Assembly: GCF_018350175.1 (NCBI RefSeq)
Contig: NC_058374.1
Coordinates: 79,546,001 to 79,610,000 of the forward strand
DNA from: Felis catus
Lineage: Eukaryota
DNA length: 64,000 nt
Direction: 5' to 3'
Program-made: the position numbers and the translations under genes
Notes under the pieces: generated by a model
What the model was told of the DNA's origin: nothing
Database searches by the model: none
What the model saw: only the letters and a program-made list of their open reading frames with translations
Shown here: one piece after another, positions 29,421 to 53,199 of the stretch
Layout: each line of letters begins with the position of its first letter
Position numbering within the stretch: the first letter of the stretch is position 1

Positions 29421-32400
29421 TTCCCCTCTCCTCAAGGCCCTGCCTCCTCCAGCTCCCCCGGGAAAAGCTCTCCCACTTTTCCAAGGAAATTGAGCCTCTG
29501 CGGGCACACCCTCAGATTCCCACTCCCAGGCATCCTCAGCTCCCTCCGTCCTGTTCAGGAAACTCATTCCCTTCTCTTCGCCCCTTTCCAGATGTTATTA
29601 CTTTTAACTCTGGGGGCTCACACCGCCATTCTCCAGAACCCCAGCCCTTCTGCTGCTTTTTGCCCACCCCTCCCCTCTCCCGCCTGGAAATCAAAGGAGT
29701 AACCGAAAAACAAAACCCTCCTTCATATACACCACACTGTTGAAAGTGGTGATCTCCGAGAGATTATGAGGATGTTTTATTTTAATTCTCTTTAAGTATT
29801 TCTCTCCCTCAGCTTCCTACCCAAGTGTACATGTTACATTCATAAATAATGTGGTGTGGGAACCCTCTATTTATAGCCTCATCTCCTCCCCTCCCTTCAA
29901 AGCCTGTCTTCAAAAGAAGAGCGGATCCTGGCTCCACCTCCCTTCCAGTTCATTCCATTCATTCATTTAGCTGGTCCTCTCCCAATCTCTCCACTGGCAG
30001 TGCTCATGGAAAGGGCACCAGTGACCTCACCACCAAACTCAGGTTGCTGGCTGAAGGTCTCACTTCAGTTGACCTCTTTGGGACATTTGACAGTATTGAC
30101 TAATTTCTTTTTTCCTCATGATTTTATGTACTTTTTTTTAAAACTATGCAGCATTCGATACATAAAAGAGTGTATGTTTTCGGAATATAAAACCTGTAAC
30201 GAACACCTAAGAACCAATCTCCCAACCTAAGAACTAGAACATTACCATTACCTTTGCATCTGTGCCAAGTACTTCTTCCCTGTCCCATCCCCGTGTCCCC
30301 AGAAGTAAGCAGTATCCTTAATTTTGTGTCCATCTTGCCCTTGATCTGCCGTGTAGTTCAGCACATGTCTGTTTTCCATCAACAATTTAGTTTTGCTTCT
30401 TTTTGAACTTTTATCTGAGGGAGTTACTATGTTAGTCTTTATACCTTATGGACATTTTATAAATATTTTTGTACTTACCCACTATTTAATAATAACACTA
30501 AAACAAAAAATGAGCTCCCTAGGGGATTATGATGGACTGGTAGTTAGAAATTACAGCTATGGTTGGTTTGTGTTTCCCTGAGAACTGCCCTACCTTTTCC
30601 CTATTCTCTGTGCCACTGAGAATTCAAATTTCTGCCTTCCTCACTCACCTACACCGCTGCAGGTAATCTTGCATATATATATATTTTTTTTTGTATGCCA
30701 GCCAGCACAGTGCTCTAACAGGCACTTATCCACTAAAGTCTCTCAGTGGCTCCCCACTACATATACATCAAGTCCAAGCTCCAAAATACAGCGGACAGGG
30801 CCTGCCATGATTTGGCCCCTGCTGACCCTTCCAGCTTTATTTTTTTTGCCACTCCTCGCATCCAAGCTTGCCTTTCTTGCAGTTCCATGAAAAGATCTCT
30901 CAGCCATCGTACATGTTGTTCCATCTGCCTGGAACGCCTTTTCTCCTTCACTCTTTGTCTGGCTGGTGACACCTATTGATTCATCTTTTGGCCTGAACAC
31001 ACTCCCTCCCCCTTCCCTCCTTATCGTTGTTTATAACCTAGCTAGAGCATTCACTTGGTCGTTTGTGTGCTTGTCTACCTTTTTTTTTTTTTTTTAATTT
31101 TTTTTAACGTTTATTTTTGAGACAGAGAGAGAGCATGAACGAGGGAGGGTCAGAAAGAGGGAGACACAGAATCTGAAACAGGCTCCAGGCTCTGAGCTGT
31201 CAGCACAGAGCCCGACACGGGGCTCGAACTCACGGTCTGCGAGATCATGACCTGAGCCGAGGTCGGCCACTTAACCGACTGAGCCACCCAGGCACCCCGC
31301 TTGTCTACCTTTAATAGATGAACTTGAAGGCAGGGACGTTGTCTTAGGTCTTTTTTTTTTTTTTTTGTAATCCCTAACGTCTAAAACACAAAGCCTGGCA
31401 TGTAGTAAACATTCAATAATCCATTGTTGAATGCGTGTATGAATGGGGACTCCAAGCTGACGTCCATGTTGAACCCCAAGGAAAAGCTGAAGCCTTCACA
31501 GCTGGGCTTCCTCCTCCCAACTCCTGACTATTCTCCAGCGTCCTCATCCACTTGTGTGTGCACGTGCACACACACACTGTGGGTTTCCTGGGGCAGCTCT
31601 GCCTCAGCCCCACCTCCCTGTGNNNNNNNNNNNNNNNNNNNNNNNNNNNNNNNNNNNNNNNNNNNNNNNNNNNNNNNNNNNNNNNNNNNNNNNNNNNNNN
31701 NNNNNNNNNNNNNNNNNNNNNNNNNNNNNNNNNNNNNNNNNNNNNNNNNNNNNNNNNNNNNNCAGCATGGTGGGCACCATCTATGACAAGGTGGGGACCC
31801 GAGGACAGAGATGACCCATATATGCATCTCCACCGGCTGGGAGTGGGCCTCACGCAGGACTGGGCCTCAGGTCAGGAATCCTGGCCCAGAGCTAGCCCAG
31901 CACCCTCTCCCTCAAGCTCATCTTCTCACAAGGAGATGGTCAGTCTCTCTCATCTCTGTCGTGGGGCGGTTGTGAGAAGTGGATGAGGTGGTGTTTGGAG
32001 AAGGGCTTTGAAAACCGTAAAGTAGCATTTCCTGGTCCTTTTCTTGACCTGACATGCATTAACAACTTGGTAATAGAGGTGGCTGCTTACGTTTGGAAGC
32101 ATTAAGGCTTAGAGGTTCTGGCTGCCCTGAAGGGGGGTCGGGGGCAGATCTCGGACGCACGGATTGGGAAGCTCAGCTGGGAAGGGTTTTGATTACAAAA
32201 ACTTCTGCAGGTTCCATCAGCACCCCCTGCAAGCAGCTCAACACGTTCCTGCTGCGGGGAGGGGATGGGGCCACTCACCCTGGCACACGTGTCACATCAA
32301 ACAGGGATTCTGAGGACACCTACTTGACCCCACTCCTATGAAGCTCACAAGTCAAACTTCAGGAGTGCCTGGGTGGCTTAGTCGGGTGGGCGGCATACTC

Positions 32401-34575
32401 TTGATTTTGGCTCAGGTCATGATCTCACGGTTCACGAGATTGAACGCCGAGTCGAGTTCTGTGCTGAGCTTGGAGCCTGCCTGGGATTCTCTTCCTCTCT
32501 GCCCGTCCCCTACTCGTGCATGTGCACTCCCTCTCTCAAAATAAATACATTTAAAAACGTAAGTCAGACTTCAGATTTAGTCAGCTCTGGTCGTTGCAGA
32601 GGCCATTGAGTTCATTTCTGTCTCCGCTTGCCTGTCATCTGCCCCTGTGACACAGGAGGAGTATGATCCAAAGAAGTGAAGAAATCTAAATGGTTGAACT
32701 GGAGCTTTTGGAATACTAAGGTTTTTAGGCTGCTGGAGTCCGTTTTCCCTTTTGCTGAGGAGTTTCTAAGCAATTAAAGGAGGTTGTACCAAGTTTTAAC
32801 TGGGCATCATGTTGGGGTCCAGACCAAGAGGTGCTGGGCACAGAGGAGTTTATCGGCTCTCCCCAAGAACACTTTTCTGCAAACCGCAGACATATTGATA
32901 TTGTAGGCCTGTGTCGTCGGGCAGTTTTGCTTTAAGCATTGATACCGCATATCATTTCTACCCCCCAGGCTCTTGAGGCCCTGCCCTGCCATTTCTGCAG
33001 GCTCAAGAGGTATAGCACATGGCACATTCTGTGCTTCCCTGGGACCACATCCCAGCTTGTGTCTCCTCCAGCTGTCTCTCTACCTGACTCGTGTTTGGCC
33101 AGACCCCTGTACCTCATTCACCAGGTCACTGAAGAGCCCATTCGGCCTCCCTGGAGACTCACCCACTCTCAGCCAGAGATCCATCCACTTCCACAGAGCC
33201 CCTCATGGAACTTGTTCTGAAGTCAGCAGCCCCCACCCCACACACACTCGCCTTGACTCAGGCTCCGCACAGTAGCGGAGGGAGTGCTGGATTAGAAGTC
33301 AGGTGATCAGAATTCCAGCCCCAGCACTGTTAGCTTGACCTTAAGCCGCTGAACTCCCCAGTTCCCCCTTTCCTCGTCCAATGAATGCCGAGAGGCTTCA
33401 CGGGACTGTCGTGAAGATTCAATGAAGGAGTGTGTGTGCGCATACTTTGAAACCTAGACAACTGTATGCGAGTGGTAGGTACCCTCAAGAGCATTTCTCC
33501 CGCTGCTGCCTTAGATGTACGAGAACTTCGTGGAGGAGGTGGATGCAGTGGACAATGGGATCTCCCAGTGGGAGGAGGGAGAGCCTAGATATGTGCTGAC
33601 CACCACACTGAGCGCCCGGGTTGCTCGGCTTAATCCTACCTGGAACCAGCCCAACCAAGACACCGAGGTAAGGAGAGCCCCAGGGGAAGGGACTGTGAGG
33701 CAAGTAAGTGCTTCGGGGGAGGAAATGAGAGTGGTTGCCTCTTCCAGTCTTAGCAAAGTCAAAAGTTGGGGCCGGCACCATGGTTCTGATTCCCACGATT
33801 CCCAGGCCGGTTTCAAGCGTGCAATGGATCTAGTTCGAGAGGAGTTTCTGCAGAGAGTGGGCTTCTACCAGCACAGCTGGCTGCCAGCCCGGGCCTTGGT
33901 GGAAGAGGCCCTGGCCCAGCGATTCCAGGTACAGGCCTGGGAGGAGGCACTGTGGTTCACGAATTGGTGACTGCTGGCAGGCTGCCAGTCGGCAGGGGCT
34001 CCCACTTTCATCCTGAACCTTCCAACCATGCCTCCCTTTCAGGTGGACCCAAGTGGGGAGATAGTAGAACTGGCCAAAGGTGGATGCCCCTGGNNNNNNN
34101 NNNNNNNNNNNNNNNNNNNNNNNNNNNNNNNNNNNNNNNNNNNNNNNNNNNNNNNNNNNNNNNNNNNNNNNNNNNNNNNNNNNNNNNNNNNNNNNNNNNN
34201 NNNNNNNNNNNNNNNNNNNNNNNNNTAAGGCCCTTAGAGGACCGCCCTGCAGACCTTCAGGTCTGTTTCAGCCCTTTATCAGAGGGAGCCACTAACCTTG
34301 GCCTCTTCTGTGCTCCCTCTCTCTCTTCCTCAAGGTCTCCATCTGCTCCCACCAATTTCCTCTTTCTGCTCACTTGTAGGCTGCCCCTGCCAGAGCCATG
34401 GCGGGGACTTCGGAATGAGGCCCTGGACCAGGTCAGTGGGATTCCTGGCTGCATCTTTGTCCACACCAGCGGCTTCATTGGTGGGCACCACACCCGAGAG
34501 GGTGCCTTGAGCATGGCCCGTGCCACCCTGGCCCAGCGCCCAGTGCCGATGAGTCCCACAAATCCCCTACCCTAA
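28513..34575 (+). CDS. MYG1: MYG1 exonuclease (DHH family, C12orf10 ortholog), 7 exons
   Basis: Exons 28513-28731, 28830-28942, (start in N gap 31623-31762)-31790, 33515-33667, 33806-33928, 34043-(end in N gap 34094-34225), 34380-34575. Motifs [49 protein letters not shown]. Confidence 0.95.
31080..31298 (-). mobile_element. CanSINE in MYG1 intron 2
   Basis: Reverse SINE with the TSD gcttgtctacctt on both sides. Confidence 0.92.
32362..32558 (+). mobile_element. CanSINE in MYG1 intron 3
   Basis: SINE head and tail, flanked by aagtca(a/g)acttcag. Confidence 0.88.
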
Positions 34576-34579
34576 TAAA
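34574..34579 (+). terminator. MYG1: MYG1 polyadenylation signal overlapping the stop codon
   Basis: CCC TAA TAAA: the TAA stop (34573-34575) shares two bases with AATAAA (34574-34579). Confidence 0.75.
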
Positions 34580-34882
34580 ATGCCATCTGTCTCATATTGA
34601 TCAAGTCCTTGCCCCATTATTGCCCTGCACCCTTTTGGGAACCTGCTGAAATTTGGGAAAAGTGAAATGTTTATTAATGCCAAAGTCCATGGTAGGTACT
34701 TTCTCAGCTTTGCTTTCCAAAGCATTTGAAAACCACCCAGTTCCTAAAGTTAAATAATCTGACCCAATTCATGAAAAGTGACACAGCCATCTTAACCCAA
34801 AGTCCACACCTTCTTTTCTTCACTAAACCCCAGCGCAACTCTCTGGAAAAAAGTCTCATAACAGTGGAAAACAAAGAAGGGA

Positions 34883-34883
<1 letters not shown>

Positions 34884-34889
<6 letters not shown>
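34884..34889 (-). terminator. AAAS: AAAS polyadenylation signal
   Basis: + strand tttatt = AATAAA on the minus strand, at the end of the (TAA)10 run that begins with the stop codon. Confidence 0.75.
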
Positions 34890-48110
<13,221 letters not shown>

Positions 48111-48493
48111 AGCCCAAAATAAGCCACGTTCAGGGAAGTATCTAATTAAACTCTCCCAGGACTGTGGATCATCCAGAGGAAAATGCGGACTGTCTGGGGC
48201 AGCTGGCTAGAAAGCTGAGGGAAAAGCCTCTGAGAGGAGTAAAGACAGGGGAGACCTTGGGAGGGAGAGGGAGAGGTCCGAAACCTCCGGTCCCCAGGGT
48301 TAGGCGTGGAGGGCGGAGTGAGAACAATTAGAAAACCGTGACCTTTCCTGAGCACGTATTACATAGTGAGGTGCTTGTGTAATCTTTACAACAACCCCAT
48401 GAGGTGGGTACTGTTCTGTCACCAAGAGGAAAGTGAGGCACAGAGAGATTGGACCTAAAAATATCAAAACCAGGCATCCTAAAAATTGAGATA

Positions 48494-49297
48494 GGGGCGC
48501 CTGGCTGGCTCGGTTGGTGGAGCATGCGACTCGACCTCGGGGTAGCGAGCTCGGGCCCCAAGTCGGGTGTAGAGTTTACTTAAAAAATAAAATCTTGGGA
48601 CGCCTGGGTGGCCCAGTGGGTTAAATGTCCCACTTCAGCTCAGGTCATGATCTCACGGTTGGTGAGTTGGAGACCCACCTACGGCTCTGCGCTGACAACT
48701 CAGAGCCTGGAGCCTGCTTTGGATTCTGTGTCTCCCTCTGCCTCTGCCCCTCCCTCGCTGTACTCTGTCTCTCTCTCTCTCTCTCTCTCTAAAATAAATT
48801 TTTTTTAATTTAATAAGTAAATAAATAAAATCTTTTTTAAAAAGAATAAAAGTGAGATTGGTTTTATTCTAATTCCAAAGGATGGAGCTAGAATGCAGAA
48901 TTGGAGCTCTTCTTGCAGCTGTGTGACTTTGGAAAAGTCTTTGAATTCTTTGAGCCTCAGTTTCCTCACTTTTGCACTGTCCTCATTTCACATGGTTGTT
49001 TCCCATACAAAATAATGGAAATGAAGCCATTTAATAATTCATAAAGTACTAAACACTTGATTAGCCATAACTCTGCCATGAACTTGGTGACCTTGGCTTT
49101 GGTTTATTGATTTTTTTTCAATGTTTATTTCTTTTGAGAGAGAGCGAGAGCGACCAGAGGAAGGGCAGAGAGAGAAGGAGAGAGAATTCCGAGCAGGCTC
49201 AGCGCTGTCTCAGCACAGAGCCCAATCTAACAGCAAGATCATGACCTGAGCGAAATCAAGAGGCGTGTGCCTGACCCACTGAGCCACCCAGGTGCCC
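48494..49297. mobile_element. CanSINEs upstream of AAAS (+48494-48596, nested +48597-48834, -49110-49297)
   Basis: TSD aaataaaatctt at 48585-48596 and 48823-48834. Confidence 0.88.
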
Positions 49298-50199
49298 TGG
49301 TTTATTCATTTAACAAAGGTTAATGAGCAATTCCAAGGACCGTGTTCTGGGGACACAGAAATGTATAAGGCATAGTCACTGCTCCCAAGAGTTGCCAGTC
49401 AAGTTGGAGAAACTAGGGGGCGTTCTAAGTTTAGCATTCGTGGACTCTGTCTGCCCCTTCCTTCTACATGAAAAGTTGCCCCCAAGAGAGTTATTCCAGG
49501 GTCAGAAAACAAGAAGTCTCCTCTGAAAATGCCCTTAACAAGGAGAAAGCCACGGGTCTCCTCCACTCTAGTACTTTCCAAATGTTAGTGAACATAGACC
49601 CACCAGAGAATCCTGCTAAAAATGCAGATTCTGCGGTGGAGCTTTTAAGCTGTATTTCCAAAACGCCTCCCACGTAATACTGCACAGACCAAATTTTAAA
49701 TAGCCTCAGTTTAATTTGCTAGGTTAGTTCACCGTCACCTGGAATGTCACAGAAAGCTTAAAGGATGTAGAGAAAAGCCAGGGTAGTTGGGGAAACTGGC
49801 TGGAAAAGCTCTCCTTGAGAAGGGGAAGCAGGACAGGCTTTGGAGGAAAAGAGGGAGTCAATGACTCTGACAGTTAGTGGGGAGCACTGAGAACCCGCCG
49901 ACAAAGTTTTTGCTTGAACCTCAATCATGGCACCATCCAACCCATACATATCCCCCAAGAAATCACTGCGGACTAGGCTTGCAACTTCCACCTCCTTTTG
50001 GTGAAGCCTGAGTTTCACCAACAGGTTGTGGTGTAATTACGGGTTAGGGGCCTTCCTCTCACCCTGTAATGTGAACTGGGGAGGAGGAACAGTGCGCCGT
50101 GTATTCACATCGGACCCCCGCCTGCCCGGTGTTTAAGGTTTGTCCAGTGTTTTTCACGAGTTGCGGATTCTTGGGAGGCCGACCTCCAGGCCTAGCGCA

Positions 50200-51400
50200 C
50201 TTCCCACTAACTTCACCAGGGGGCGCGGCGGCCCCGGCAACACAGAGACTGTGACCCACCGCCCCCATGAACTCCGAGCGCTCAGCGGGCGGTCTCCAAA
50301 TGGGGGGCGGGGGGGGCCCTTCCCTACGACCTGGGCGGGAAACCGAGGCAGCGGCCCTGCCCGAGGCTTTTAAAGGGGCCCTCGACTTTGGGAGGCGGGA
50401 GGCGCCTCTGGAGCCTGCGTGCCCGGAGATCGGCCCGCCGAGGCCCGGCGCCNNNNNNNNNNNNNNNNNNNNNNNNNNNNNNNNNNNNNNNNNNNNNNNN
50501 NNNNNNNNNNNNNNNNNNNNNNNNNNNNNNNNNNNNNNNNNNNNNNNNNNNNNNNNNNNNNNNNNNNNNNNNNNNNNNNNNNNNNNNNNNNNNNNNNNNN
50601 NNNNNNNNGAAGGACCGCGAGGCCGCGGCGGGTGGGGGCTGGCACCGGACAGGCGGGGACAGGGAGGCGAGAGGGCCAGGCCCTGGGGGGTCCCGGGGAG
50701 CCTGCCCGGCGGGATGGGGGCGGGAGCCCGGGACCCCCTCCCCCACCCCGCGTCTCTTCCGCCGCGGCCCCCAACCCCAGTCCGCGGGAGGAGCCCTGGA
50801 ACGCGGCCCTCTTCAAAGCCCCTTTGAAGCGGCGCGCCCCGCCTGAGGGCAGGAGGGTTCGCACCTGGACGGGGCGGCCGCGGCGGCCGGCTGAGGAGGG
50901 GGCTGGCGGTCCGAGCCCGCCCGCAGCGCCTCCCGAGCCGGCGGGAGTGGGGGGGGGGGGTGACGGTCGCCGGGGGCGCCGCCCGTGCGCCCCCTCAGCC
51001 CAGCGGGGGAGCCCGGGGGCGGGGGCCGCACAAAGCCCTATTGTGGCTCCGGGCTGGCCGCCACAGAGTGGCTTTTGTTCGTCCGCTAACTCGGCGGCGG
51101 GCACGGCTGATTGCAGGCCCGGGGCAGGGGGCGGTTACGTGCCAGGCCGGGGCCGCCCGCCGGGACCGGTTCGGGGCGGCGCAGTAGTCAGCGCGGCGAT
51201 CGCGGGGCCGGCGCGCCGGCCGGCTCCCTGCCCTGGCCGGAGTCCGGAGGTGGAAGCAGGAAAGAGCCGGGGAGGAAACCTCCCCGCCTTCCCGACTCGA
51301 CACGGAGAGCTCTGGGCGCTCGAATACTGACCTCCGCCCGAGGGCCTGGCCGACGCGGGCGTTCTGCCGCGGGCACAGTGTGCCAACGGGCACGATAGGA
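50200..51400. promoter_or_regulatory. Orphan CpG island between the SP7 3' end and the AAAS promoter
   Basis: Very GC/CpG-rich 1.2 kb block that is not at an identified gene start. Contains TCF/LEF and SOX-type palindromes and GC boxes. Confidence 0.75.
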
Positions 51401-51503
51401 TGCCCGTGGGGAGTGCCCAGTTTGCCAAGGAAAAATCCTGTGGTTCACTCTTCTTCCTTCCTCTTTTTCTTTTCTCACCAGGACAAAAGTTAAAATCGAA
51501 TTT

Positions 51504-51509
51504 TTTATT
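51504..51509 (-). terminator. SP7: Probable SP7 polyadenylation signal (3'UTR ~1.7 kb)
   Basis: + strand tttatt = minus-strand AATAAA, preceded in the transcript by a U/AU-rich tract (51510-51540). Confidence 0.65.
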
Positions 51510-53199
51510 AAATAATAATAATAATTAAAAAAAAAAAAAAGACTCCATGAGGGCATGATCCTTTCCCTTCCCCAATATTACCCTCTCCCCAAGCTCCAGA
51601 GGCTTTAACCCTTTAACTTGGGGCCTTGAGGAAGCAGGAGACAGAAAAGGAGGATCCAAAGTCACAGGAAAGGCATTCAAAGGCACGAAGCGGCTTTAAA
51701 AGTCACCAGAGGTGGAGTTGGGAGCATTGGAAGTCCCAGGTTGAGGGCCCTGTGGACGCAACCCCAAATCTGCTTGGGGACCTCTGTCCTCCTAGCTCTA
51801 TAAATTCTTTCTCATGGCTTTTAGGCACCAGCCTAGTAGTGCCTTGTACAGAATAGGCACTCAATAAATACTTGATTTACTTGAATCTGATCCCAGAGAA
51901 AGCCTTCCCCACCTATTCTTTAGGAGAGGCACATCCAAACCATTGTGCTCCTCCTGTTAGGTGGGCTTCCACAAAAAAGCGTGTCCAGGATGGCAGCTGC
52001 AAGCTCTCCATAACCATGGCAACAAGGGATTAGCCTGCCGGGGTCATGGTGTCAGGGGAGGGGCAGTGGAAGAACCTGCTCTGGGGTCAAGGGAGCTGGG
52101 GTACATTCCAGTCCTCCCCTCCATAGGGCTTGAGGTTTCACAGCTTCTGGCTGGGGCTGGGAATACTAGGGATCCCTAACTGAGAGACACCCCCCCATCA
52201 ACTCTTTAACAGAGATCTAGCTAACCAACCCTATTAGCAGAGATTCCATTAAAAGAGAAACCCCATTAACTGAGACCCTGATGATAGAAATTCTATTAAC
52301 AAGATCTCCACTAACACTTTTTCTAAACAGAGATACATTTAGCTAAAATTTCCATAGCAGAAATGGACCTCCTTCCCTCCCCAGCTCACTCTACCTGACC
52401 TGTCATCATAACTTAGATAAATAGAATTATTATTATTAGTATTCATTTCTCTTGGAACATAGGGGTTAAATATACAGGCCTGGGGGCAGCCTCCCTGACC
52501 CTGGGGTCACCCCATCTCTGGGATCAGATCCCCACTGGTCTGCCCCACTTTTGGCACCCTGCTCCCTGCCAGGTCACTAACCCCAATCCCCCTAACTCNN
52601 NNNNNNNNNNNNNNNNNNNNNNNNNNNNNNNNNNNNNNNNNNNNNNNNNNNNNNNNNNNNNNNNNNNNNNNNNNNNNNNNNNNNNNNNNNNNNNNNNNNN
52701 NNNNNNNNNNNNNNNNNNNNNNNNNNNNNNAAGCTAGTGGAATAAGAAATTGGGAAGACTGGAGCCTGGAAGCTAAGTGATAGTGGGAAATCAGCCTGGG
52801 AAGCTGATCTTGACAAAGGATGTTTGTTAAGGAGTTAGTGAGATGGAGAAATAAAGCGTTGAGAGCCCAGATGGAAGGAAAATGAGATGATGCTGTGAGA
52901 GCAGAGGAGAGGGAAGCCGTGAGCAGGAGCGAGGGAAGAACTTAGGAAGCCAGAGTGCAGAAATCAGGCACGAGGTGAGGGCCTGAGATGAGAGTTTGCA
53001 CTACAGGCTCGAGGCATAGGGAGGGGTGAGCTGAGGAGGCATGCTGGGAGACCCCCAGGCCCAGAATGGCCAGGGGGGAGCCGGCAAGAGCCCCAAGGGC
53101 AGCATGCAAGGGGCAAAAGGGGGTGAGGGGCAAGCAGTGGTCCACGAAGCCAGAAGAGGCTGGCGAGGCAGCCCTGGGGCTGGAGACCCTCCACCCAGC

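Noticed and set aside
28341-29567. 408-aa minus-strand ORF and other long ORFs over the MYG1 5' end
   Set aside because: They lie in a CpG island where stop codons are rare. Low-complexity Arg/Gly/Pro/Ala content, no recognisable domain, antisense to real exons.
50267-51428. Several 130-300 aa ORFs in the orphan CpG island
   Set aside because: Stop-poor GC-rich DNA. Several run through N gaps, they occur on both strands, and none resembles a known protein.
52174-52364. CRISPR-like reading of the periodic SP7 3'UTR array
   Set aside because: Mammalian DNA. The units are adjacent and degenerate with no unique spacers, and there are no cas genes.
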